A DNA stretch of 64,000 nt from Nitrospirota bacterium (lineage in GTDB: Bacteria > Nitrospirota > UBA9217). The stretch is taken from contig CAWJQQ010000001.1 in the NCBI GenBank assembly GCA_963845065.1, forward strand, positions 96,001-160,000, in the 5' to 3' direction. The notes under the pieces were generated by a model that was not told where the DNA came from, made no database searches, and saw nothing but the letters and a program-made list of their open reading frames with translations. This document shows positions 52,367-61,656 of the stretch, one piece after another. The translations under genes were made by a program, and so were the position numbers. How positions within the stretch are numbered: position 1 is the first letter of the stretch; each line of letters begins with the position of its first letter.

Positions 52367-52837
52367 TCATTTTTCTACCTTTAACACATAATAGGCATCG
52401 TTAAAAGAATCGGCCGCACAAGCAACGTCGTTTAACATGAAGTGGTTCATTATAATCAAAATAGTAGGCGGGTTGTATTGGTAGCCTGAATACTCAAAGT
52501 AATCGGGACAGGATGGCCCCTTGATCAAGAGATAGGTATACACATCGAGATTATTAAACATATTTTGATAATATGCATCTGTACCGACAAGACCAGGGAT
52601 TTGAATGAATGCAGTAAGTTCTTCTGGCGTACTAATGACGTAGGTATTGGGTCCAGTCTGAGTGGGACCAGAAGACAAATATATAGTTTGGCCTTGTATC
52701 AGAGTTGATGGATTAACGGACGCGATAAATGTAAAGGTTTGAGTCGATATGAACTGGGGGCCACCGCTACTATAATTGCTACAGGATTGGGAAATAAGCG
52801 CAATCGAGATAATCACTAATAGGCGTAATTTTCTCAT
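52367..52837 (-). CDS. Putative lipoprotein
   Basis: Signal peptide ending SQSC; upstream TTGACA-17-TATATT promoter. Confidence 0.7.
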   Translation of the reverse strand: MRKLRLLVIISIALISQSCSNYSSGGPQFISTQTFTFIASVNPSTLIQGQTIYLSSGPTQTGPNTYVISTPEELTAFIQIPGLVGTDAYYQNMFNNLDVYTYLLIKGPSCPDYFEYSGYQYNPPTILIIMNHFMLNDVACAADSFNDAYYVLKVEK

Positions 52838-52923
52838 GAAAAACTCCCTAGCTTTTAATCACTTATTTTCTGGGATGAATATATATCGGACGAATATGGA
52901 TGTCAACAGCGGAGAATTGGCAT

Positions 52924-52980
52924 TGTCATCCCAAAATAGAAATGTCCGCTTTTAGGAAACAAGAGGAAGATATTATGGCA
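52924..52980 (+). mobile_element. Possible ISNCY/IS1202-like left-end remnant
   Basis: TGTCA..AAATAGAAATGTCCGCTTT terminal motif; no transposase follows. Confidence 0.35.
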
Positions 52981-53114
52981 AATAAACTCGCGGTTTCCAC
53001 CAAAACATCCACGGGATCGGCATAGCGAATACTATTCGCTCTTGCGTAAAAATAAAGATTGAAGCCTCCACTCAGTCCAATCGGGTCGGCTTCTTCGATT
53101 TCATCTTGTTTTCG

Positions 53115-53666
53115 TTATTTATTAACTTTGTAAAAATGTGAGATCTCTTCCTTTGATGTCTCTAAATATTGGATACACTCTGTAACAGAATTTTCTATAT
53201 TTCTCATGGAAGACACTATATGAATACGCAAGTTAATCGCCTTCATCGCAAGGTCATAAGAGTTAAAACGAGGGTCATTATAATCTGGTGCTCCACAAAT
53301 ATAATGTATAGGAAATACCTTTAATGTAAACCTGAAAACATTAACAGGATTATGTTCGAGTGCCTCACCAACAGCTAAATCCAACATTTCGGTTGCACCA
53401 GCATCGGAGCCTGGTCGAAGAGCAACGGCAGTTTTTAGCCATGATTCATCTCCAGAAGCAATTTTTTTTTGCAAAATGGAATACCATACATTCCAATCAC
53501 TATATAACTCTTCACAGACCACTTTAGCACCTCTGGAGTCAATTTCGCGCATGATCGAGTCGGGTTTTATCTGATAATGTATTGGATTTGCGTCGATTGC
53601 ATATACTAAATTTGATCCAAATATAACTGCTATAATTATGGTCCATATTGAATATTTGACTGACAT
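53115..53666 (-). CDS. Secreted hypothetical protein (possible cassette)
   Basis: Signal peptide and AAGGAGG RBS; GTTATAC upstream; stop lies within AAATAAC, followed by a hairpin. Confidence 0.75.
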   Translation of the reverse strand: MSVKYSIWTIIIAVIFGSNLVYAIDANPIHYQIKPDSIMREIDSRGAKVVCEELYSDWNVWYSILQKKIASGDESWLKTAVALRPGSDAGATEMLDLAVGEALEHNPVNVFRFTLKVFPIHYICGAPDYNDPRFNSYDLAMKAINLRIHIVSSMRNIENSVTECIQYLETSKEEISHFYKVNK

Positions 53667-53887
53667 GCAACCTCCTTTTTTTATAATTTATGGTATAACT
53701 GTCAAAACGCCCCCATCATCACATCTTAATGCTGCCATCACATCATCTCTAACAGAGTTGTCATATATAGCTATGCAACATGTAGATTCCCCCCATCCGT
53801 AAATCTGCAAGCCATATCGTCCATAAGTGTGCACGCCAGGAGTTTATGATACCAAAATACAAGCGGTTCTCACGAAAAAGCGATGCG

Positions 53888-55153
53888 TCAGAAATACCAA
53901 GTAAGCCTTATATAGGCTTGATTCGCGGGTGTGACATAGATTCCCGAATCGGGAGCAGTCTGCAGACCGCCGTACTCGGTACCATGGCTGCCGAGGCCCC
54001 ATTGAAATCCATAGGTTATGTTCGTATTCTGGCTGAGACTGTAGACCGCCTGGCCGATCAGCAGCATACTGCGGTCGTCAAGGTTTGAGATGATCGACGG
54101 GTTCAGGGTGAATAGCGGCGTCCACTGCACATTAATGCCCGCTCCAATGTAATTACTCGAAACAGTGAAGAGCTCCCCGCGAACGAGACGTTCAGTCAGC
54201 GAAGCTGGCAGGCTGGACAGCGTGCGGTCGGTTCCACTGACGCCGAAGCCATTATGGAAGTATTCAATATATCCGTTTATGTTTTTTTCATTCCATATCC
54301 AGGCATATTGCACATTAGTGAGAAAGGAAGTGAGCAGGGAGTTTCCGTCAAGGTGTATAGGGATTGCCTCGGTAGTCCAAGTGGCACCGCCTATCGCCCC
54401 GCTCGCGCCGGCCCCTAACACTTGCGTCTGGTAATTCTGAGCCAGCAATAAGTCTATGCCAATCGTGTGATTTTCCCCGACGAAACCGTGCCACTTGACT
54501 CCGGCGGAGGACTGGTTGTCTGTGAGACTTCCGGTTTTCGGATCACGGTGCGGAACTATTACACCTTGGAGGTCAGCGCCGCTGTTGAACAGCCATTGAC
54601 CGTATAGCATGTCGGTGCCGAGTTTATAAGTCGTGTACGTGGCGTTGGGTGCAAATGGATTGAACAGGTCCATTGGGTGAAATACCAGACCACTACCCCA
54701 CGTAAGCGCTTGACGACCGATTCGCATAACCAGATGGGTACCGCTATAACCCAATGATAGCCGGTCGAGACGATGCTCGGTAAAGGTCTGATCGTGATCG
54801 GTCAGGATATGGTTCAGATGCCACAGTGAGATTTGGTCCGGATCAACGGGGAAAATGGGATTGTTTGTTTGCTCTTTGCGTAGCAACTCCACGCCGCCGC
54901 CGTAGCACGCATCGGCAAGATAGGCGGTATCCAGATTCCAGCCGGACGCAACTGTTCCTGACCACATGAGACGAACCATCAAAGACTGGTCCCAGTGGTT
55001 ACGTTCGCCCAGCGTCGTATCTAGACTGTCACCGGCATTGGTTGCATAACCGGTCTCCATGTCGATTTCGCCTCTGAATCCTGCCTGTACTGACTCATGG
55101 GCCGACAGCACGAGGCATAGCGCAATTAGTAGCACTCGGTTTAGACCGATCAT
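53888..55153 (-). CDS. Putative outer-membrane beta-barrel protein of the ABC operon
   Basis: Signal peptide, RLDRL..IGRQALTWG..PMD.F.PF, terminal aromatic TWYF. Confidence 0.8.
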   Translation of the reverse strand: MIGLNRVLLIALCLVLSAHESVQAGFRGEIDMETGYATNAGDSLDTTLGERNHWDQSLMVRLMWSGTVASGWNLDTAYLADACYGGGVELLRKEQTNNPIFPVDPDQISLWHLNHILTDHDQTFTEHRLDRLSLGYSGTHLVMRIGRQALTWGSGLVFHPMDLFNPFAPNATYTTYKLGTDMLYGQWLFNSGADLQGVIVPHRDPKTGSLTDNQSSAGVKWHGFVGENHTIGIDLLLAQNYQTQVLGAGASGAIGGATWTTEAIPIHLDGNSLLTSFLTNVQYAWIWNEKNINGYIEYFHNGFGVSGTDRTLSSLPASLTERLVRGELFTVSSNYIGAGINVQWTPLFTLNPSIISNLDDRSMLLIGQAVYSLSQNTNITYGFQWGLGSHGTEYGGLQTAPDSGIYVTPANQAYIRLTWYF

Positions 55154-55839
55154 GAGACCCGTTCATCCGTCTCAATCCTGCCATCGCGCAGGCGCACCTG
55201 TCTATGCGTATGACCGATGACGCGCGGATCGTGGCTCGCGACACAGAACGTCATGCCGCGAGTTTCGTTCAGTTTGCTCATAAGAACAAGGAGCTCGTCC
55301 GTGGTGCTGGAATCGAGATTGGCGCTCGGTTCATCCGCGAGGATGATGGCAGGCGTGGAAGCCATGGCACGGGCGATGGCAACGCGCTGCTGCTGGCCTC
55401 CCGAGAGCTCGCCCGGCCTGCGGTTGCCGAGCCCATCCAGCCCGACCTCGGCCAGCATTTCGCGCGCCCGTTCTCGACGCTGCTGCGAACCTACGCCCTG
55501 CAGCTGCAGGATAAATTCCACGTTTTCATAGGCGCTCAGGACCGGGATCAGGTTATAGGCCTGGAACACAAACCCGATCTTCTTCAGCCGCAGATCAGCC
55601 AGCGTCCCCTTGTCCAGTTCATTGAGCTTCTGTCCATCCACCGTGACTTCACCGCTCGTGGGCCGGTCGAGCCCGCCGATATGATTGAGTAGCGTGGTTT
55701 TGCCCGAGCCGGATGGACCCGAGAGGCTCAGAAACTCGCCTTTCCGTATTTCCAGATCCACGTCGCGCAGGGCATGGACTTCCGTGGTGCCTTCGCCGTA
55801 GACCTTGCTCAGTTTGCTGCAAATCACGATCGGTTCCAT
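55150..55839 (-). CDS. ABC transporter ATP-binding protein (LolD-like)
   Basis: GPSGSGKTT, LSGGQQQR, ILADEP; start moved to MEPIV after the AGGAG RBS. Confidence 0.95.
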   Translation of the reverse strand: MEPIVICSKLSKVYGEGTTEVHALRDVDLEIRKGEFLSLSGPSGSGKTTLLNHIGGLDRPTSGEVTVDGQKLNELDKGTLADLRLKKIGFVFQAYNLIPVLSAYENVEFILQLQGVGSQQRRERAREMLAEVGLDGLGNRRPGELSGGQQQRVAIARAMASTPAIILADEPSANLDSSTTDELLVLMSKLNETRGMTFCVASHDPRVIGHTHRQVRLRDGRIETDERVS

Positions 55840-56006
55840 AATGAACTCCTGTTCACAACGGATCGAAAACGTTGCAACTGTCTTAACCTTGAACCACCAG
55901 GCGCGAAGGACGCGAAAGAATAATTTAAGATTTGAATTCGTTTTACGGTTTCCTTTGTGCTCTTTGCGCCGCTGTAAATGTTTTGGTTTTTTGTTCTGAA
56001 ACAACA

Positions 56007-57236
56007 TCACGTAGTGCTCCTACTGATAGCCTCCACGGGAACCTGCCGCACGATATGCCATGTGGGCAGGAGACCCGCAAGAATCCCCAGCACCCAAACC
56101 AGAAGCCCGATATCCACGTACTGCGATGCCGTGAGCCGCGGATAGAGCACTTTGCCCGCACCGAACCATTGGGCTCCCCGGGCAAGGAACCCCAAGTCAA
56201 GGCCGTTATGAAAGGACTGTATCGTTGCGAAAGCCAGGCCCGCGCCTGCTGCAATGCCCAGCACGACAAGGAGCGCAGCTTCCAGCGTTACCTGGCCGAA
56301 GATGAGCCCGGGCCGCAGCCCCAGGGCCTGCAACAGCGCCAGCTCCCGCACCCGTTCATGGAGGGACATCATGAGCGTGTTGACGATACCGAAAGCCATC
56401 AGCACGAACATGATCACGATCCAGACCTGGATGAAGCCATCCATCATCTGGGTGATCGCCTTGGTCAAGGGCCGAAGGGTTTCCCAGGACTGGATATCGA
56501 GATCCGGAGCTGTTTGCCGGAGTCGTGCAATGAACGCCGGCAGGCCAGCCCGGTCACGGACATCGAATGCAATCTCCGAGATATCGTGACCCATGCGGAG
56601 CATGTCCTGCGCCTGCGTAATACCGATGAATATGTAGCGATCCTCCGCCTCGGGCGCGGCGGAAAACAATCCCACAACGCGAAAGCCGCGCTCGGCTAGG
56701 GCTCCTGAACTGTCCTGGCTCATGAGCACTACCCGTTTGTTAATCGCGGTGTGCAGCCGCTTCGCCAGTTTGCGCCCCAGTAGGATGCTCAGATCGTTCC
56801 TGCCCTCAAGTGCCTGGCCTTCGGTCACTGCTGATGCAATAAACGAAAGCTCTTGCTCCTGTTTTTGATCGATCCCGATCATGGTCACAGGCCAGGTCTC
56901 ATACTCGCTCTGGATCGCAGCCGGCACCCGCACGCGGGGCGCCCATTGTGTGATCCCGGGGTTCTTCAGTAGCGCTAGGAGCGGTCCTGCCGGAGAAGAC
57001 AAACTATGGCCCACGCCGGGATCATCAAGATATCCCCGGCCATGGATCTGCCCCTGGCCGGTCATGTCCTTGAGCGCTGCACCGAGGCTGCTCGCGTTCC
57101 ACGCCTGGAGCAGCGCTGTGCACATCAGCATGGACCACACGCCCACGCCCACAGCAATCAGCACCAGCCCTGTACGTCTCGGATTGCGCCAGAGATTTCT
57201 CCAGGCGAGCGAAAAGAGCAGTCCGGATCTTTCCAT
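56007..57236 (-). CDS. ABC transporter permease (LolC/E, FtsX-like)
   Basis: LAWRNLWRNPRRT, NTLMMS..ER.RE...L.ALG. Confidence 0.92.
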   Translation of the reverse strand: MERSGLLFSLAWRNLWRNPRRTGLVLIAVGVGVWSMLMCTALLQAWNASSLGAALKDMTGQGQIHGRGYLDDPGVGHSLSSPAGPLLALLKNPGITQWAPRVRVPAAIQSEYETWPVTMIGIDQKQEQELSFIASAVTEGQALEGRNDLSILLGRKLAKRLHTAINKRVVLMSQDSSGALAERGFRVVGLFSAAPEAEDRYIFIGITQAQDMLRMGHDISEIAFDVRDRAGLPAFIARLRQTAPDLDIQSWETLRPLTKAITQMMDGFIQVWIVIMFVLMAFGIVNTLMMSLHERVRELALLQALGLRPGLIFGQVTLEAALLVVLGIAAGAGLAFATIQSFHNGLDLGFLARGAQWFGAGKVLYPRLTASQYVDIGLLVWVLGILAGLLPTWHIVRQVPVEAISRSTT

Positions 57237-58456
57237 CACGTGGCCCTCATTGCTGCAACCGGTTCGAGCCTGCGCAGCCGGATAAAGGGGATGATGCCTA
57301 CTGCCGCGGTGAACACCGCTATGGCCGCGGGTGCGGCAAGGAGGCTGAAGACCGTGAGTTTCGGATAGAGCCTGCCGGGCACTCCCCACTGGGCAAATGC
57401 ACCCTCAGCACCGGGAAGGGCGATCCCGTGAACCCCAAACCATCCTGCTGCGGATGCACCAACTGCGATGCCTGATGCAAGTCCCAGAAACAGGAGCATC
57501 AGGATCTCGATCCAGACCATACGGCCTACAGTTGACGGCCGCATGCCCAGGGCCAGCAAAATCCCGAATTCATGCGTCCGTTCAAGGATCGACATCAGGA
57601 TGGTGTTGAGCAGGATCGCAATCACTACGACGATCAGGACAACGTACCAGAGCATGGATGTGCTCGCATCGAGCCGGATCGCGTCCTTAAGGCCGGGTTC
57701 GAGTTCGCCCCAGCTCAAGACGCGAAGGTTTTTCCCTTGGGTAAGCCGCAGGATCGCCGGAAGGCTGCGGTCAACTGAATCAAGAGAAGATCCAGAGATG
57801 ACCAGGTTGTGGACTTCTCCGGGCATGGCGAAATCTGCCTGAAACCGGCTGAGAGGTATCTCCACCAATTCACGATCGAGATCCTGCACCCCGCTCGAGA
57901 AGATCCCCGCGACAATCAATACGTCGGCTGCCACTGACCCGTCCCGCCCCATGCCGAGCAGCGTCACGCTGTCGCCGGGACGGACATCAAGATTTCGTGC
58001 AAGCGCCTCGCCGAGCACTGCTTCGGCAGCGTTGTCCCGCAGATAGCGGCCGCTTTTAAGCGAGGTGATGATACGCGAAACGCGCTGTTCGACATCCGGC
58101 TGTACACCCACGATCATCGCTGCCATACTGCGCTGCGTATTGGTCCTGGTCAGCAAAGCATAGGTCTGTGCCCGGGCCGCCACAGTGGTGATGCCGGGGA
58201 CCTTGCTGATCTCCTGTACGAGCGTTTCAGGGAAGACAAAAGATTTGTCGATACCGGAGTCATCCAGGTATCCCGGTTCCTGGATCTGAGCATACCCGTC
58301 GAACAGGCTCAGGCTGTTGTCCTCCATGCCTGCATAGGTGCCCACCTGCAAGGCGAGCAGGAAGACCATGATCATGCAGGCAAATGCAATGGCCGACACG
58401 GTTAGGAGTGTTCGCCGCGGCTGCCTCCAGATATTGCGCCAGGCAAGCGCGATCAT
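57236..58456 (-). CDS. ABC transporter permease (LolC/E, FtsX-like)
   Basis: LAWRNIWRQPRRT, NTILMSILERTHEFG. Confidence 0.92.
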   Translation of the reverse strand: MIALAWRNIWRQPRRTLLTVSAIAFACMIMVFLLALQVGTYAGMEDNSLSLFDGYAQIQEPGYLDDSGIDKSFVFPETLVQEISKVPGITTVAARAQTYALLTRTNTQRSMAAMIVGVQPDVEQRVSRIITSLKSGRYLRDNAAEAVLGEALARNLDVRPGDSVTLLGMGRDGSVAADVLIVAGIFSSGVQDLDRELVEIPLSRFQADFAMPGEVHNLVISGSSLDSVDRSLPAILRLTQGKNLRVLSWGELEPGLKDAIRLDASTSMLWYVVLIVVVIAILLNTILMSILERTHEFGILLALGMRPSTVGRMVWIEILMLLFLGLASGIAVGASAAGWFGVHGIALPGAEGAFAQWGVPGRLYPKLTVFSLLAAPAAIAVFTAAVGIIPFIRLRRLEPVAAMRAT

Positions 58457-59232
58457 GGCGCGCTCCAGTGCCGGGGATTCCGCAGGTTGGAAAGCGTGAA
58501 AAGATAGTCCGGCAAAGCGATATTGAAAGTACCTTTAGTATAACGCATCTCCGTCCACTGGCCCGGTTTGTCCAGCGTACTCATGCGCATCACCACGGGA
58601 TAGGGCCTGCCTCCCAGGGGAGCGATCTTCGTTGTTTCGAGCCTGCGCATCGGCTTCATGTCCTGATCAAAGAACGTTTCCTCGATCAGAACATCATCAT
58701 CACGGATTTTCAGTTCCTGTTTGCCCCACACAATCGGAGCGCCCGGCTTGGGCAGACAGACCACGGTGTAGATCGTGTTGCCCCCGCTTTTTTCGGCTGG
58801 GCCGAGGCTGTGCGAATAGTCGGTCACCACCTGGTCGGACTTCGCGAAATCATTGTAGGAAAAATCCGAACCCATCCAGTTTTGCGCCATCATGGAGAAA
58901 GGGATCTGGATTATCTGGCTCAGTTTCGGGTTAAAGAGCCAGAGCGACTGGCCGAACTTGAGGGTCGCGTTCCCCGCGTCCCCTGCCGGCTTTGTAAAGC
59001 GCACCAGGGAGTCCGCGTCGCCCCGGGTCCAGGTTTCCATAACCATGCTGCGGTGCCACGCGGTCCGGTGAATGGTCATTTCCACTTCCGTATAGGAGCT
59101 GTCCCCGCGCCAGTGATGGAGCGCGGCCTTGACCAGCGCGGTCGGATCGGGCGCAGCGAATGCGATATCTCGGGTGGCGAGCAAAGCCAAGCTTGCAACG
59201 ATTATAAACAGCAGCTTAGCCCTGGAAATCAA
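58453..59232 (-). CDS. Outer-membrane lipoprotein-sorting (LolA-like) protein
   Basis: Signal peptide, F..P....G...LK, WMGSDFSYND, FTLSNL. Confidence 0.88.
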   Translation of the reverse strand: MISRAKLLFIIVASLALLATRDIAFAAPDPTALVKAALHHWRGDSSYTEVEMTIHRTAWHRSMVMETWTRGDADSLVRFTKPAGDAGNATLKFGQSLWLFNPKLSQIIQIPFSMMAQNWMGSDFSYNDFAKSDQVVTDYSHSLGPAEKSGGNTIYTVVCLPKPGAPIVWGKQELKIRDDDVLIEETFFDQDMKPMRRLETTKIAPLGGRPYPVVMRMSTLDKPGQWTEMRYTKGTFNIALPDYLFTLSNLRNPRHWSAP

Positions 59233-59939
59233 GGGTTACCTCCTTCCGCTGGATTTACGTCCGCGTTGAACGCCTTGTTGGGCGTGTTTTTGAGACTTGC
59301 AATAAGCACATCTGATGGTACCCCAAATTGCGTAACCACGTTTTGATAATCTATCGACCAACTTTGGTGATCAAAAAAAGAATCGAGCTGAATTGGTCGA
59401 CAGCCTCCTACCAGGGGCGCGTGCAAACCAAATGCGGCCGACCATAGTGTAGAAACAATCCGCGATGCGAACGTCACACCGTTTGTCAGACTCACTAAGC
59501 AAAGTTTGCCACTCGGTATGAGTATCCGGTGCGCTTCGGATATTGCCTCGAGGATGTCTACGTCCGACAGAAGGTCAAGCACATAAGTCGAGACGACCCG
59601 ATCGACTGAGCGACTGAAAAGAGGAAAGCGCATGGAACCGTCTGAACGAGCTACTTTAGCACGCTCTCCGTAAAATGCAATTCGTTGCGCTGCTATATCT
59701 ATCATTGTCTGACTTAGGTCGATGCCAAAATACGCAGCGAGGGGAGGCAGATGCTTTGACAGTAGGCTGTGCGCGAAGCGGCCTGTACCGCACCCAAGCT
59801 CGAAAACTTTATTTGCCTTCTCAAATGCCGCATGGGCGATCAAGTCATCTAAGGCCGCATCTTCATAAAAAGCCTGTGCATCCTGTCTTCTTCCGAAGCG
59901 GTCGTAAAAGGTTTGCGCTTGCGATCGTGTCAAGACCAT
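59229..59939 (-). CDS. Class I SAM-dependent methyltransferase (cassette-derived)
   Basis: VFELGCGTG, GIDLS; the 3' end reads through an attC left half. Confidence 0.9.
   Translation of the reverse strand: MVLTRSQAQTFYDRFGRRQDAQAFYEDAALDDLIAHAAFEKANKVFELGCGTGRFAHSLLSKHLPPLAAYFGIDLSQTMIDIAAQRIAFYGERAKVARSDGSMRFPLFSRSVDRVVSTYVLDLLSDVDILEAISEAHRILIPSGKLCLVSLTNGVTFASRIVSTLWSAAFGLHAPLVGGCRPIQLDSFFDHQSWSIDYQNVVTQFGVPSDVLIASLKNTPNKAFNADVNPAEGGNP
59259..59283 (-). other. attC left half (R''-L'')
   Basis: GCCCAAC-AAGGC-GTTCAAC-GCGGAC; R'' is the exact complement of the upstream GTTGGGC core. Confidence 0.75.
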
Positions 59940-59967
59940 TTCTTATGCACTCCTTGCAATTTATGAG

Positions 59968-60099
59968 GCCCAACCCTTTATTGAGCAGTCCCTGTACTCA
60001 GCACCCCCCTCAAATATTGCGCAATCTCGTTCCGCAATGAGTATATCGAGCACCTATGTCATCTCTTTTTAGTATAAGAAAAGATGCGGTGAAAGGGAA
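59968..60099 (-). promoter_or_regulatory. Pc-like promoter plus attI-like simple site (platform 3)
   Basis: GCTCAAT-AAAGG-GTTGGGC at 59986-59968; TTCCCT-17-TATACT at 60099-60071. Confidence 0.7.
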
Positions 60100-60144
60100 G
60101 AACAAAAATGGTGTATTTTCGGGGCAGACAGTTATCGAATACAG

Positions 60145-60250
60145 AGTGATAACTACACTGTTGCTGAAAATGGAAACTCCACGACTACAGGATGAACTGT
60201 TTGACTGAAACTGACAACTGAAAATGCAGAATACGAATAGAATTTGCTAG
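60145..60250. repeat. ORF-less element, copy E9
   Basis: AAAATGGAAACTCCACGACTACAGGATGAAC..TTGACTGAAA..AAATGCAGAATAC. Confidence 0.7.
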
Positions 60251-60372
60251 ACCTTAAGAGGCGGCATTTCAAAAAATCGCGTTCTCGCTACCGTAGCAGG
60301 GCGAAATTTATTGGCCTTCATTGCCAGATAGTAACTGTCTCGTCTTATTGAAAGATACAATTATTTCCTTTA

Positions 60373-60810
60373 TCATCCGATATAAACCGATTTCAGACCA
60401 TCACCCTGGGCTGCATCATGCTGCTTTTTGTCCGCTGTGATGAACGTGGTCATAATACCTGTGCCATCCTGAAATAATCTGGCCGAAGCAATATGGACAG
60501 CGTCGATTGCTCTCGCCGTGGAGCGTAGCGTTATCTCTCCGGCCAGGTTAAGCACATCCTCGGTCACGCGGATCATTTCAACAGCGGCAAAATTGTCTTT
60601 CAGGCGCTTAAGAATTTTATCGAAAGCCACCCCCTCGATATCGCCTGCCTGACGTCTGCGCGCCAAGGCAGAAAAGCTTTCCACCATCAGCATAGATGAA
60701 GAGAGAATATGGTTCTCTTTCGATATTTTCCGCACTCGCACCGAACCTTTTTCTTTGATGGAAAGCTTCAAAAAAGCACTGGTGTCGAAATACACCCACG
60801 GTTTATCCAT
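60373..60810 (-). CDS. vapC: VapC/PIN-domain toxin
   Basis: YFDTSAFLK, E, DAVHIAS, TADKKQ. Confidence 0.9.
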   Translation of the reverse strand: MDKPWVYFDTSAFLKLSIKEKGSVRVRKISKENHILSSSMLMVESFSALARRRQAGDIEGVAFDKILKRLKDNFAAVEMIRVTEDVLNLAGEITLRSTARAIDAVHIASARLFQDGTGIMTTFITADKKQHDAAQGDGLKSVYIG

Positions 60811-60812
60811 TT

Positions 60813-61094
60813 TTAAACCCTATCTTCTCGATCATCAGACAGAGTTTCGACGATGGAACGCCCTTTAATGGCAAGCGGCGCACCAGAAGGAAATGTATCC
60901 TTGACCGCACGCTTCAGCAACCCTTGTTCCTCCAGCAACTTGATGCGCTTCTCCGGGGAGACCTCGCGCCCCAGGGGTTTGATCACGGCAATGGGAGCGC
61001 CACGCTCGGTTACGACGATCTCCTGCCCCTGCCGCACCATCTTGACATATTTTGAAAAGTGCATATTGGCTTCACGCAAACCGACCTTAATCAT
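60813..61094 (-). CDS. Phd/YefM-family antitoxin
   Basis: VGLREAN..FS..V..GQEIVVTERG; upstream palindrome ATGTAGTA..TACTACAT. Confidence 0.9.
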   Translation of the reverse strand: MIKVGLREANMHFSKYVKMVRQGQEIVVTERGAPIAVIKPLGREVSPEKRIKLLEEQGLLKRAVKDTFPSGAPLAIKGRSIVETLSDDREDRV

Positions 61095-61189
61095 TGCTGC
61101 CTCCATGTAGTATTGTTACTACATTGTAGTGAGGCCGGTCTATCCTGTCAAGACGAAAGATTGGGACACACCCTTGCTTCTAGCCATAT

Positions 61190-61400
61190 TGCCCTGTTTG
61201 CGTCCTGAAAAAACGCATTAGTATAGGCTATAGGCCCCGACTTGGTTAAAAGGGGATAGGGGATATCTAACCCTCTTCGGGTCATAAACCCGAAGGTCGT
61301 CGGTTCAAATCCGGCCCCCGCTACCAAATAATTCATGGGGCTACAGCCTTTGCTGTAACCCCAATTTTTTCCATCAGGACGGCATCAGGACCGTTACAGA
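61190..61400 (+). other. attP-like junction: X arm, tRNA-fMet 3' fragment (61277-61326) and Y arm
   Basis: GCCCTGTTTGCGTCCTG..ACCCTCTTCGGGTCATAAACCCGAAGGTCGTCGGTTCAAATCCGGCCCCCGCTACCA..ATCAGGACGGCATCAGGACCGTTA. Confidence 0.75.
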
Positions 61401-61656
61401 TAGTTCGACCACCCAATCCCCTCTTTACAGCATACCAGGCATGAAAAGTCTGGATGAGTTCTCGCAAATGCACGAACTCCCCTGCGAGTAATCAAGTTAT
61501 AATAGTGTTATCAGCATTGCAGCAGCAAAAGATCATAAAGTCTATAGGCTTGCAGCTCAATTTATTGATAGAGCCTGTGCGCATATCATTCAATATAGTT
61601 GACATCTGATAAGAAGGAGAGCTATCTTATAGACATCTCATAGAAATGAGGGCGCC

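Noticed and set aside
58384..59346. Long antisense ORFs (also 2855-3769, 55932-56699, 47464-48216)
   Set aside because: They lie opposite well-supported GC-rich genes and have no recognisable motifs; shadow ORFs.
61277..61326. Functional tRNA-Met gene (also the Thr and Val look-alikes)
   Set aside because: The 5' half (acceptor strand, and D-arm for Met and Val) is missing and the anticodon arm is altered or truncated; treated as att fragments.
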